From NCBI RefSeq assembly GCF_009914755.1, contig NC_060929.1: DNA of 64,000 nt; one strand, given 5' to 3'. Origin of the DNA: the human T2T-CHM13v2.0 reference genome, Homo sapiens. The translations under genes and the position numbers were made by a program. This document shows, in pieces, positions 11,627-25,176 of the stretch. Position 1 is the stretch's first letter, and each line of letters starts with the position of its first letter. The notes beneath the pieces were generated by a model that worked only from the letters and a program-made list of their open reading frames with translations, did no database searches and had not been told where the DNA came from.

Positions 11627-13539
11627 GAGGCACTCTATATTCCATATACTCCACTAGATGCTTAAAACCATTATCTTATTACAGTTGTTTTATGACCATT
11701 TTTGAGTTGAAGATACTAAGATATAGCATTGAAGTCATTTGTCTCAGATGAAATTTGAGTACAGTTCTGTCTTAGTCCAGCATCTTTTTCTAACACAGGA
11801 TTTAAATTGACATGGATTTGAATCATGATGCTTTTGTAACCTTGTGTCATGGCCTTTGAGACATAAGTTAATATCAAAAAATTTCAGTTCCCTGAGTGCT
11901 GAATGAATATGACAACAGTATTTAAGTCATAGATAGAATTATATGAAGTGAAAGAAGATAAAAGACTGATAAATCTTCCTGATTAATAATAAGTCCTTAA
12001 AATGTATGTAATATTTTTGTTATATAGATACACCATTTCAGCATTCGACTCATATTTATTTTTATTACATGGCACTTTTTGTCCCATTCGTAAAATGTAA
12101 AGATAAAAATGAGGCACGAAATTTAATACCTTTTATTAAAACTAGTATACAATCTTAAAATTATAAAGTAAATGTATGCATGATTATAATCAACTACAAA
12201 TAATGTTTAGGGTAGATGTGATTTTTATTTCTACCACATTATCATTATCTTTCCACCAGCTTAGAAAAATCAAAGTCATGCATATTCAAATGTCTTCTAA
12301 TAGCCTCAATGAGATAAGAAGCTTACAGTTTAAATGAGTCTGATTCTCCTGTCCTTGCAAACTAGGATAAACTCTAGGAACAACTTCCATATAGTGAAGT
12401 TTCTTATATGACCGATAAATTGTATTTTGATAAATTGATCTGTGGCAAACAGAAAGAAAGTAGGGAGATTGTAGAGGACCTTAGTCATCTATTTTGCTTT
12501 CAGTCTCCCAGAGCTATAAAAGGAAAATTAACCCTAATTGTTTAAGGTGTTACTAAATTTTGAGATATTAATAGAATGATATACATAAACTAATTTTCTG
12601 AGGTGGCTTAGAAAAGTAACAGGTTTTTACTTTTACTATCTGAGAACTCATTGAGATTTTATTTGCAACGTGCTGTACATATATCCAGTTCTTACATCAT
12701 CCTGTTTATGCTACTTTATAGCTTTTAACAATTAGGGAACAAATAAGGCAACATATTTGCATAACATAGTCATTCAAAAGACTGAATATATCACCTGGTT
12801 GCAAAAAGGTCCTGGTGGATATTCCAATGAATTTTTATTGGGTATTAAGGTATAACTTTGTTGAATATTAGTGAAAAGTAATAATAAGACTCACAAAAAC
12901 AACAAAACAGTATAATGTCCTCGAGAGTATTATTAGATAATTTGAAGATCCATTTACACGGGGAATTTGCCATGTTGTTAATATAACTGCTGCACTGTGG
13001 TCCTATAAAAATAAAGGCTTTCCAGCTGATATAACTTTGTCGGGAATATTTAGAAGGTTTTTATATCGGCTTTTCCAGAGACTTAAAAGTATATTCTCTA
13101 GGTCTATATTTTTGTTCTTAAAATATTTATTATTATGTTTCTATTATTTGCTCTTATTATAAAAAATTTACCAGTTTATGTAATAAAATAAAAAATAAAT
13201 AACAATAAAATTGAATATAAAAAGAAAAGCCAAAAAAAAAAAAAACCCAAAAAACCCAAAATTCCCTTCTTCCCTTCTACCTTCCAAATGAATATGCATA
13301 TATAGTCCTGGAGGTAAATAAATAAAATAATTAACAGTTGTATCAACAAGCAGAGTAAATGAAAGAAGAAAACTAAACTGATCATTCTTTACACTGAGTC
13401 ATATTAATACTATCTAACAGTTTTTTGCCACAATTATAAATGCATTTTATGTCTCTTGTATACTTAACTTATTTTTTACTACCACATACCACATATTGTA
13501 TGAATGTAAAATAATTTAATATTCAATATCTTACTGGGG

Positions 13540-13586
13540 AATATATATGTGTGTGTGTATGTGTGTGTGTGTGTGTATATATATAT
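13540..13586. repeat. (TA)n(TG)n(TA)n microsatellite
   Basis: Direct reading. Confidence 0.9.
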
Positions 13587-14873
13587 TCCCCTTGAAAAGC
13601 GTATATAGTGTCAAGTAGACAATAATCTCTTTTGGTTCAAAAGATTAACTTAAAATCTGTGTGTTTAAACTCCAGAGAAAGCCAGCCTTTTAGTTCATTA
13701 GCTGATAAAATAGAGTTTTCTATGTTACACAAGAAACAAAGGAAATGTATGTATAGAATGTGTTTCTAATAGCATTGTTTTGTGTACGTGGATAATTAAA
13801 TGCATCTCAGAAAAGGTCAAATAGGAATAAAATGGATTATTTGCAATATCTCACTTGTATCATGTCAACTTCATAAATTACCAAAATAGAAGAAAAATTA
13901 TTCATTACACAATTTGTCCTTCCTGGAGAGACTATCTGGATTGACCAGGTGGTAGATTAACCAGGTAGTAACCAGGACTTTGGGGTCAAGCTGATTTCTG
14001 TTTCAGTTTTGGTTCACCACTCATTATTAGTTGACTGGTGTTACCTAAGCAAGTCAAACTTCTGCCAGACTCTTGAGTTCTCATGCTGGAAAAGAGCATA
14101 ATGACAACTGCTCAGTATGAATAACTAAATTGTTACATGAGATATCTCCAAGAGCCTAGCCTGCATCAGTCTCTGAAGTGTACTTAGTAATAATATTATT
14201 ATTAGCATCATCAGTAAACAGTAACCGTTCTCATTGTTTACTTTTGGGGAGGGCACCCAGACATTTGTGAAGCATTCGCTTGTAGGTCTGGGCCATGAGG
14301 ATTTATATGTGTGCATGTACATCCAAAGAGAAAGTCATGAGGTTTCTAAAGTCCTTCTTAGGTTTCTAAAGTTCAATAGCTTTATTGAAACTCTTACTAA
14401 ATATTCTCTACTTTTCATTATCTGGATAGTATAAGCCATGGCATACCATGATGTCACTGTTTTGGTGATAAATTAGGGAGGCTGCAAATATTCCCTTTTT
14501 ATTTTCTCACTGAAAACTTATTGAGTTGTCCTGTTCACTTTTACGAAAACCCATACTCTACCTACACATCCTCCAATAACTGATTTTTAAAAGTGAGAAT
14601 TCGAATACTGGTTTCTAGGAATCCATTTGGCCAAACAGAACACATGTATTCTTCCTATATAATCCAGAGCAACCGGTGGCCTTCAGGAGTATTGAAAACT
14701 GCACTTATAAATGGAATTATCCCAGAAACATCTGGTATGAAATTGGATGTGTACATCAGCATTACTTCCATATCCCACTGAATTTTACTAAAAAGCAATG
14801 AGTACAAGATTGTGAAAAATAAAGAATAAAAAAAATACTTGCAATGCCTCCTCCAGTAAAACTGTGAGAGGCA

Positions 14874-15272
14874 TGTGCATTAGTCTTTTGGGGATGTCAT
14901 AACAAAACACCATAGTGTAGGTGGCTTAAATAACAGAAATGTATTTTCTCACTGTTCTGGAGACTAAAAGTCCCATATCAAGGTTCTGGCTGACTTGATT
15001 TCTGATAAGGTCTCTCTTCCTTGCTTGCAGATGGCCACTTGTTCCCTATGCCCCACATGGCCTTTCCTCAATGTATGTTCTCGGGCAGAGACAGAGGAAG
15101 CTCTCTGCTGTATCTCTATTAAGGACACCAATGCTATTAGAGCAGACTGATCTTATGACTTCATTTAACCATAATTACTTGCTTAGAGGCCCCCATTCCA
15201 AGTACAGCCACCCTGGGGGTTTAGCCTTGGGCATATACATTTGTGGAAAACACAAACACTCAGTCCATAATG
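14874..15272 (-). mobile_element. MLT1A/B-type MaLR solo LTR
   Basis: cataacaaaacaccatag...ggtggcttaaataacagaaatgtattttctcactgttctggag...cactcagtccataa. Confidence 0.8.
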
Positions 15273-15699
15273 AGACGTATTCTTACAATCTAAGTTACAT
15301 GTAAGGGCTTCCAAAAGCTACAGAAATTAACCACAGTAGTTTTTATTGTGCCACATGGAACAAAATGAGGGCAAGAAACCACTGAAAGGGACTTCAGAAG
15401 CAACTGAAGTTATTAGGAGTAAATCACAGCAAAAATACACTTTCTAAAGGTGAGAGTGCATGCTCAGGTCTGAAACCTGTGTGCAGTTGGAAATTAGGTG
15501 AGTGGAGGAGATATAAGTTTTGCTGCAAACCTTTCTGGACCTAGCTAGTATCGTTCACCAGAGGAGGCAAGATTGCACCCACAATAACACAAACACAGCA
15601 GCTTCACTGAAAGCAATCTCTCTCTGACAAGACAGAAAATGCTTACATTGTGTAAACCAACTGATCTGGACAACTATAAATATATGAGGGTGGATCGTG

Positions 15700-16546
15700 G
15701 GAGAACTCCTTTTTTAGCCTATGAAATCATAAAAGAAAAGATTGTTAAAAACCACTTCATAAAAACGGAAAATGTCTACGTGGCACAAATGTGATAAGCA
15801 AAGTAGGCAAAGTGCTGAAGAATGCCACCCTACAAAATCTGGCAGTGTCCACCCAACAACTCACAGAGAAGACATGCAGGGCTTTTAAACATATCACAAA
15901 TACCATCAACTTTACTCATGAGACATGGACATTAGGATAATTTTGGAAGGGCTTTTAAACATATTCATGAATACCATCAACCTTACTCATGAGACATGGA
16001 TGTTAGGATAATTTTGGCATTCCATTTCTCACTCAACAGATTATAAAAAATCTAAAGGTCTGATATCTGATTTGGCAAGACTGTGACCAGAGGTGTGAAC
16101 CCTTACACGGGGCTTATAGTTATATACAACAGGCCAATCATTTTGAGGGAAATCTGTCTATTTCTATCAAAATTTCAAACTTTATATTTGATGACTAATA
16201 AATTCTACTTCTAGGAATCTGATCTACAGATTGCTAAAATATATAATTTCAGTAGAAAACAAGAATAAAAGGTGGTCAGCATGTTCTTTTCATGTCTCAT
16301 GAAGAACAATTTTTATAATATTTAATCATACTCATGGAAAATGACATATGTAGCTATTAATGTAATACTTAGCACTATGTAAAATGGAAATGTTATGGTA
16401 CCATAAAAGTTCACCTGTTAACATTTACAGACGACTAGTAAAAAGGATTACAGTGGGTCCATGTAATAGAATACTAGGCAGCTCCTTATGAATATGGAAT
16501 GAGCTCCAAGACATTGTTTAAAGATAACAAGTTTCCTAGGAGTGTA
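15700..16546 (+). mobile_element. Ancient L1ME-type 3' fragment
   Basis: Degenerate ORF2-end/3'UTR motifs (aattctacttctaggaatctgatctacaga; gaatgagctccaagacattgtt). Confidence 0.55.
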
Positions 16547-16564
16547 TAGTAGGCTACTATTTTT

Positions 16565-16910
16565 ATTTATTTATTTTAACTTTTTAATTTTTTTAGCACC
16601 CTAATGTGCTACTTAATACTAGATCGTATTCATTCTATCTAACTGTATTTTTGTATCCATTAACCATTCCCCCTTTATCCCCCTCCCCCCACTATCCTTT
16701 CCAGCCTCTGATAACCATCATGCTACTCCCTATCTCCATGAGTTCAGTTTTGTTTTTTTTTTTCTGGTTCCCTAAATAAATGAGAACATGAATATTTGTC
16801 TGTCTATGCCTGGCTATTACAACTAACATAATGTCCTCCAGGTCCTCCAGTCCCACTCATGCTGTTGCAAATGACAAGATTTCATTCTTTTTTATGGCTA
16901 AGTAATAACC
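16565..16910 (-). mobile_element. L1MA 3'UTR fragment with poly(A) (part of a chimeric insertion)
   Basis: T-rich tail, then cattctatctaactgtatttttgtatccattaacc...gttgcaaatgacaagatttcattcttttttatggct. Confidence 0.85.
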
Positions 16911-17959
16911 GATATTGACTAGGTGTGTCCTAGGACTGAACGTACCATTCATTGAATCTCTGCATTGTTCCCCGAACTTTATTTCTTATCTCTCTTTCAT
17001 CTTGTTCCCCTGCTCTTCTGTTTCCTATGTGTTTATAAGAAGATGATTTAAAATGAATCACCTTTCGGGTACCAATGATTCACAGACTTTCAGAGCTGGG
17101 AAAGACTGCAAGGCCCATCTAGTGGGCTACTATTTTTAAATGAGATAAAATAGCCATTTATATCTCCTTCTTTATGCATAACCATTTTCAAAAGAATATA
17201 TGATAAATTTATAGTATCTTTGATTTGGGGGTGGATGAAAATCAGGGAGAGTGCATTGGATAGGAAGGAGCCTTTTCTCTGTGTACATTTTATTTTATTT
17301 TTTTTCTTGTTTTAAGCAATACATTTTTATTATCTATAAAAAATCAACAAATTTGGAATAAAAAGACTGTTTGGCACCTCCCCATCCCTCTGCTCACTCA
17401 TCCATGTGTGTAAATAATTCTGAACAAATGACAGAAAATGGAGCAGCTGGTGCTTGAGGTGGTGAGAAGCTCCCAGCTGTGCTTGATCCTCAAAATGCAA
17501 TATGTTTTCCAGTAGTAATGGTTTAATAATTATTACCCTTTTTAGCTACAACAGATAAAATTGCATGTTGATTTAATGCCACTAAAACAAATAAGAGCTT
17601 ATCAACTATTATGTAGATTAAGAAGTTACTATATTTGGAAAGTCAGACTTGAAACAAAGGGAAAAAGACTATCTTTTTCAAAATAACTCATTTAAGATAT
17701 TTTCAAGGTGGTTTTTAGAAAAAGGGAAGGATTTGGAAGAAAATGGCAGAAAAGACAGTTATTATTTTCTCTATTGAGAGAAATTCCATGTGGTTAGTTA
17801 AAGCCAAGGGAATGCTCACAGCAAAAGACTTCTCCTAATAATTATCTAGAGCTTCTACTTTGTTTCAATAAACACGTTAAGTGAAATCATCACATTTCTC
17901 AAAAGAAAGAGCAATAAAAAGTAACTTGAGTCAGCGTGCATGCTTTGGAACTGTGCTAC

Positions 17960-18123
17960 TTACATTTTGGCAAGCAGCATCAGCTTCAGCTGAGAGCTGA
18001 TTGGAAATGCAAATTCCCAGGCTCGATTCAAGACCTACTAAAACTTTGAAGATAGGGCTAGGTGTCTGTGTTTTTCCAAGTTCTACAGTTGATTATGGTA
18101 CTAATGTTTATAATGTACTGCCC
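17960..18123. mobile_element. MER5A-like hAT relic
   Basis: cagcatcagc...gaaatgcaaattcccaggc...agacctact motif. Confidence 0.65.
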
Positions 18124-18342
18124 TAAAATTTTATACACCCAAGATGACAGTGTACCCTACCTGTTTTGATGAAAAATTATGAGCAATATTCCATCAAGAG
18201 AATATAAAAGACTGGGCAGATGTACAAATTTGCATTCTAATTTCTAATGATGATGGATTACACATCTTTCCAATATTAGATATCCTTGACTTACTCTGGC
18301 TTCAATGTTGCAGTAATGGATAAAAAGATTTGTAAAGTATCA

Positions 18343-18682
18343 CTGTTATATGTTGAAGTCTAAATCTCCAGTACCTCCGAATGTGAACGGGTTTAAAAAT
18401 AAAGTCTTCAAAGAGGTTATCAAGTTAAAATGAGGCTGCTAGCATGAGCCCTACTTCAATCTGATGAGTGTTATAAAAAGAAGGTATTTGTTTTTCTATG
18501 TAAAGAGGCAGCAAAAAAAAAAAATAAAAATCTGCAAGCCAAGTAGAGAAATTTCGGGAGAAAACTTCTTCGGGACCTTGATCTTGGACTTCCAGCTTCA
18601 AGCACTGCGAGAAAATAAATTTCTGTTGTTTCGGCCACCCACTCTTTGGTATTTGTTATGGCAGCCCTAGCAAATGAACACA
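18343..18682 (+). mobile_element. MLT1B-type solo LTR
   Basis: tatgttgaagtctaaatctccagtacctc...tttgttatggcagccctagcaaatgaacaca. Confidence 0.8.
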
Positions 18683-18748
18683 CTCACTGACTCGATTTTT
18701 TTTTCTTTCTAAAAGTAATAAAATAGTTCCAAATTAGAAACTTGAGGC

Positions 18749-19073
18749 AGGTTGGGCAAGATCACTCACGATTGTAATCCCAACACTTTGGAAGGCTGAG
18801 GCAGAAGGATCACTTGAGGCCAGGAGTTTGAGACAAGCCAGGGCAACATAGTGAGATCCCATCTCCACAAAAACTTGAAAAGAAAATTAGTGAGGTGTGG
18901 TGGTGCATGCCTGCAATCCAGCCACTTGGGACCAAGGCTGAGGCAGGAGGATCACTTGAGCCCAGGACTTTGAGGCTGCAGTGAGCCATGATTGTGCCAT
19001 TGCACTCCAGCTTGGGCATCAGACAGAGACCCTGTCTCTAAAATAATAAACGAATACTAAAAAAAAAAAAAAA
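18749..19073 (+). mobile_element. AluJ
   Basis: ggaggatcacttgagcccagga...gaggctgcagtgagccatgatt (J-type), poly(A). Confidence 0.92.
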
Positions 19074-19908
19074 GTTGAAGCAATGATTTCTGTCACTAGT
19101 CACAACTGGAAAGCATACAATTTAAACAGTGTGATTTTGTGTGTGTGAGGCCAATTTACCACTTACAAGAGACGTGACCATAGGCTAGTAAATTGACTTA
19201 TTTGCATCTTAACTTCTTCAGTATAAATGATGATAAATAGCTGACACAGACTGGATGTTATAATCATTTAAAAAATAATGCCTTTAACACACATAGTACA
19301 GTAGTTGAGACACAGACATAACACAGACATACTCAGAAACAGTCATATATATGTCTTGCTTGGTAGAACGTTAACAAAAAAATATAAATCAGACTAGTAG
19401 GGAAGTAGCATTCAGGATCAGTTTTTTAAATAACACTGCATTGTGAATCATGACTTTCTTTATGATAAATAAGTATATAAACTGAATATCTGACCAGCTT
19501 AACTAAGGTATCAACAACAGAATATATGTTAATAAGGCAATTTCCAAATTCCTCTAAGTGTCTCTTAAGCAAACTTAAGAAATTCAGACTCAGTGCTACA
19601 TTTTATCCCTCAGTTAGATTAGGGAAATAAAAATTCTACATGAAAAATGTTATTTTCTCTGTTAAAGAAAACCACTTTCAAGTCAGAAATTATTTTTAAA
19701 ATCTTGACCAATTTATTTAAAGAGCATAAATTGACAAATACCTAAAAATCTATCTAATATTAAGTGGTATGATATTTAGGTTAGTATAATAGTCACTTGA
19801 TTTCCTTGTTTGTGAGAATTCAAAATCTGCAGCAAGTTCACATTATCACTGCAGAATTCTCCTGGCTTATTCATTGCCGATATATGATAATGTTAACTCA
19901 AAGCAAAG

Positions 19909-20207
19909 TACATTTTAGGGAAGCATGGACATTTATCAGTACATTTAAGATGTATATTGGTTTGGTCCAGAAAGGCAGGACAACTGGAAATGGGGGCTTC
20001 CAGGTCCTAAGCAGATTTAAAGATTTTAATTCACAATTGTTTGAAAGAGTTATTATTTAAAGACCTGGAATCAATAGAAAGAAATGTCTGGGTTAAGATA
20101 ATGAGTTGGGGATACAGGTTTCACAGCCTTCAGAGCTCTTATCAGACCTAAAAAGTTGCTGGACCCAGTTATTCTCTCCCAGATCAGGAAAAAGACCTGC
20201 AAAGGGA
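19909..20207 (-). mobile_element. Inverted internal fragment of the neighbouring MER4-type LTR
   Basis: Reverse complement of 21293-21593, about 19 differences in 301 bp. Confidence 0.9.
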
Positions 20208-20899
20208 TGTCTAGGTTTGTCATAAACTATTTTAGGGACTTTTTGATAAATTAAATAATAAATCAAGTTGTGGCTTGATAGCGCCAATATAATTGCAGAT
20301 CAGGAGCATATAAACGAACTCAGAAATTATGTTTTAGTTTTTTTCCTCATGGGTATTGTATTAGGAATCTCTGGTTATCAGAACTAAGCAGATTTATACA
20401 ATTAGTAAAGTCTATGCTGTGAGAAAGTGAAGATAAAGTTTGATGAACATTTCAAAATTAATTGGTCCTGTTTTAAGTTATACTATATCAATCCATGGTT
20501 CTTACCAAACTGGAAAATGTTCTTGCACTAGAACTCATTTATTTGATCTAAAATGAAATTATTAAAGACAAACAGTGCAAATATTAAAGCAAAAGATTAT
20601 TGCAATATCACAAAATGCAGAAAAACTCATTTGTTAGATATTACTTTTTTCTATTAATGCTACTTCAAAAAGTATACAATATATTAGACCTATTAAAGCA
20701 CAATGAGCATACAACTAGGGTTGCCTGATAAAATGTAATGTGTACAGCTAAATTTAAACTGAGCATGAAAAATGAAAAAAAAACTATTTTATTGAGATAT
20801 TAATTATGTATAAAAAGTGGCTTGTATTTAATGTGTACAATTTGATGAGTTTACAGAAAAGTATATACCCAAAAAAACCATCACCAAAATCAACGCCAT

Positions 20900-21732
20900 T
20901 GTAAACCACAAATAAAATTTTAAGCCCCACAACTGACCGATGGATGCTCACCTCAGCCAAGGGCATTCCATAGTTAACCTGAAAAACTAGTTCAGGCCAT
21001 GATGGGAAGTAGGGGTGGGACGTGCCTCATTATACTCTCCTCCCTTTGGAATTCAGGCACAGTTGGGTAGCATTAATATTAAAATAGAGATCTTAAGACT
21101 GACAAAACAGACTTTTGGTAGCAATAAAACACCAAATTCCAGCTGACCCTAGTATAGCATCAGATGACAAATACCAGGCCCTGAAAGGAATCAAAGTATT
21201 TCACCCCCAAATATATTTCTATGACATATTCTGAAATAACCCTGAAAAGCTGTCTCTTGTGGGGAAAATTCACATTCTGTAGAGAATCTCCTTCCCTTTC
21301 CAGGTCTTTTTCCTGATCTAGGAGAGAATTAATTAGGTCCAGCAACTTTTTAGGTCTGATAAGAGCTCTGAAGCCTATGAAACCTGTATCCACAACTCAT
21401 TATCCTAACCCAGACATTTCTTTCTATTGATTCCAGGTCTTCACATAATAACTCTTTCAAACAATTGCCAATCAAAATCTTTAAATCTGCTTAGGACCTG
21501 GAAGCCCCCCATTTCCAGTTGTCCTGCCTTTCTGGACCAAACCAATATACATCTTAAACATATTGATAAATGTCCATGTTTCCCTAAAATGTATAAAACC
21601 ATGCTGTAGCCCAACCACCTTGGGCACATGTTCTCAGGATGCCCTGAGACTGTGTCTTGGGCCATTGGTCATTCACATTTGGTCCAGAATAAACCTCTTC
21701 AAATACTTTACAGTGTTTGACTCTTTGTCACA
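20900..21732 (+). mobile_element. MER4D/MER4E-type ERV1 solo LTR, inserted in an antisense L1M 3' fragment (about 20785-21790)
   Basis: TG...CA termini (tgtaaacc...tgtcaca), 4-bp TSD ccat (20896-99, 21733-36), AATAAA near the 3' end. Confidence 0.88.
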
Positions 21733-21795
21733 CCATAAACATATCCATCACCTCCTAAGGTTTCTTTCTGTCTTATTAATTTACTTGTTTGCTTT

Positions 21796-21797
<2 letters not shown>

Positions 21798-21838
<41 letters not shown>
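21798..21838. repeat. (TG)n microsatellite, about 20 units
   Basis: Direct reading. Confidence 0.97.
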
Positions 21839-21841
<3 letters not shown>

Positions 21842-23229
21842 AAGAGTATTCTTAAGAATAAATGTATCCGATTAGGCATTTCTCACATTTTACTCCTAAC
21901 TGGAACTTTATAGCAATCTGTTTATGGTCATCCATTGAATAATTTTAAGTGATTCCAACCATTGGCAATTTAAATTCATTTTTTCCTGGAATTGAGAACC
22001 CTCAGAATATGACTAAACAGTGAATAGTCTTATTTTTTAATATTCCTCAACCAGACCCTTTGCTCTGTCCATTGCATCCAGTGTTGCTAATATGAGCTGT
22101 GATCACTTTGATGATCACATATTTGCTTATGTTTTATCCTTTTCTTATTTTCATTCTACATCTCCAAATCCTTCCAAGTTTATCTCAAACTCATCACTTC
22201 TAAATAATCTTCCCTTATTTTTTCTCATTGCCTTCTTTTCTTCTTCTTCTTTTTTTTTTTTCCTATTATGGCACTTTTTGGGAATTTCCATATACTTGCA
22301 GATAGTTTTATTTTAGTTCATATCATTTACTTTTTAAAAAAATACCATTTTTATATTGGTCTGACTTGTCCCTCAAATATATAATATACTTTAAGGTACA
22401 TAGTATATTTATGCTTCAAGGTTCTGTACATGAATTTTTAAGTTGAAAGTTTTTTCAAAGACTTAGACCAATATTTTTCAGTATTAGTGTTACATTAGCT
22501 TAAGTTACTTAAACATCCCACTATAATTTATAAATAAATTAACTTCTTAATAATGATAATTACCATTAAACATGATTCTTGCGGAAAGAGATACTGAAAA
22601 AAAGTGAACCTAAATACACATAACCGAAAATATTCTTCTCAACATCTTTTATTATACTTAGCATACAATTTAAAAGAAGAAATTGTTTCCTAAATTACTT
22701 GTTTCTTTTTCACTCATAATTGTCTCTCTAAATACCTCTAAGTTTGTCTAGTAAATTTTGATGAAAACCAAAAGTTCATTCCATCTGAATGTAGGACTAA
22801 GATTTTATTCTATATCTCATGAATGCATGAGTTGAGATAACTAAAATAATAAAGAAAATCATTATTTCATCATTTTTAACAGAAACAAAGTATACTATCT
22901 TACAGAACGTTATTAAGTGTTCCCATTGAGGATCTAGATTATTAGCAAGTGAAGGTCTCAGTGCCTCATGCATTTCTGTACAAACTTGCATATTCAGTAG
23001 TAGTAATTGCCTCCCATTGGACAGAGAGAATATTTATATAAATTAACTATTGGACTTTAATTTTTCCTTTGGCATCAATTTAGGTGCTGTAAGAGGTACA
23101 GATGGGTTTTTTTTTTATATCTGGGGACAGAGAACCAGGCTGAGGACAGGAACAGGCAAAAGCCCCAAGTGGTGTACCCAGGAGCCGGGAGGAGGCTAGG
23201 CTGGGTATACCAGAGGGGGCTGTGTAAGA

Positions 23230-23990
23230 AGACAAAGTCCAGAGGTAAGAAGGGGCAAACAGAGAAGGATCCCAGTGTGAACTTTGCTTTGGTTTTGTGT
23301 GGGATGGATCTGAAGCAGGGAGATGACATCATTTGCTTTTCCTTAGGAAGTCTTTGGATTTTTGTTGAGAATAAAGAGGGACAAAGGCAGAAATGTGGGA
23401 AACAATTGACAGAGTAGAGAGAGTGGTACCTTGGACTTGAGATAATGAGAAGGGTCAGATTCTATATATATTCTAAAGGTCAAACTAAGAGAGCTTATTA
23501 GTAAATCCAATATGGGGAGTGAAAAAAGAAGATGATTCAAAGATGGCTCCAATAATTGTGAGGTGAACAACTGAAAAAATTGTGCTTCCAATTATTAAGT
23601 TGTGGAAAATTTCTGAAAGTGAAGGTTTTCTTTATAGTGGGTGGGAGGAAACATGAAGAGTTCAATATTCTACATGCAAAAATTGTGCTATTTGACTGGG
23701 TATTGAAATGATGAGTGAGTAGAAATCCCATTTAGAACTAAGGGTTCAGAAACAGTTCTGGCTGGAATGATACATTGGTGCATTACCAGAAGGAAGATGA
23801 TATTTGAATCTTTGAAGCTGGATAATACATTATCAATGAATTCGACATAGGTGGAAAATGAAGAGAAGCCCATGTGATCAGTAGAAATATGTATATCAGG
23901 GTAGCCCAACAGAGCAATGAAGAACATGCCCATGGAGGAGAGCAGTCACTATTTCAAATGTTGGTATTAATCTAATAAGTTGAGAGTAAA
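23230..23990 (-). mobile_element. L2 LINE fragment
   Basis: Purine-rich L2 motifs (gattctatatatattctaaagg; caaagatggctcc; tcaaatgttgg...taataagttgag). Confidence 0.65.
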
Positions 23991-24619
23991 TTATTACTAT
24001 ACATTTGATATGAAACAAATACATTACAGAAACATTCAAAATAATCTAATTAATGATCAATTCCTTTGTTTGAAATGTTTTTATATGTTTGTAGCACTGA
24101 GGAAAGTGTTCTGTCAGGTATCTCACAATTCTTTTGCACTATATTTTATTATCTCAAAAACACACCTTTGTGTCCATAAAATTAGGAAACTGTATCAACT
24201 GTTCCTGTTCATTCAATCCCTCAAAAGCTGTGATGTATGTCAAGTTGAGCAGCGGTCTTCTGTTAGTACAAACATACGATTCAAAGCCACCAGAACAAGG
24301 TAATATACTATCCCACCAGAGGTAAAATCGTAATGTTACATTTTACTGAAGGTCATTTATGAAATAGGAGGATTCTCACCTAATTGTGAACAGCTTACAT
24401 TATTTAACTTCTTCTTGGGTAAACATACCTCAGTACTGCAGGCAAAATGGTATAAGCACAACAAAACCTCAGGGTTAGACAGAGTGTGAGTCCTGTCACT
24501 TAATAGAGGTGACTTTAAGCAAGAAACTTAAGCCTATCTATATTCATGTTTCCTGAATGAAGAATTTGCTACTAACCACAGGTCGTAGTCCAAAATAAAA
24601 ACACAAACTGGCTCCAGCC

Positions 24620-25176
24620 AGTGGGATTTTATTTTTTAAATCAGGTATGGTGAGATCAATAGACGAGGAGACACCTGACCCTGAAAAGACTGTTTATTAT
24701 GCATAGTTGCCAGGAGAAGGGGGTATGCCAGGCCAGCCCTGGCAAGGTCACATGAGAGAACACCAGGGTTGGTTGGTCACAGGCAGAGAGAAAGCAAGAA
24801 AAACTGTAGGAAAGATTGTACTGTGGTTTTTTTAACGGGGGAAAAAAATGGGAGAACAGGGTAAGCAGGAGAAACAGATTTAGGATTGACTAATTTGAAT
24901 AAATTTAGTGGGCTCCAGGGAATAGGGGTTGTCCCTGGTTGTCTTATGCCTGGCCCTGAGATAATTAAGGTAGGGAAAGAGAAACTGGTGTTACCCAGTG
25001 TGAGAGCGGGATAAACTATGTGGGTTGGGGAATTGGTTAGTTTAAGTATAAGAGGCAGAGAGTATTTTGCTTTCTCTAGAATCCCTTAACCCTGGGAGGG
25101 GCTATCCCTTTCTAGCCAACAATGTCCGTGATGTCAAAATATCAGATACACAAACTAGAAAACAAGGTTAACGCAG
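24620..25176 (-). mobile_element. MER74/MER73-like ERVL LTR
   Basis: Minus strand begins tgcgttaaccttgtttt...gacatc...cccctcccagggttaagggattctagaga. Confidence 0.65.

Noticed and set aside
11326-11654. Y/I/C/V-rich ORFs
   Set aside because: Translation of the TA-rich minisatellite.
19797-21665. Two ORFs sharing the peptide GGFQVLSRFKDF, as if paralogous genes
   Set aside because: Consequence of the inverted LTR duplication; non-coding LTR sequence.
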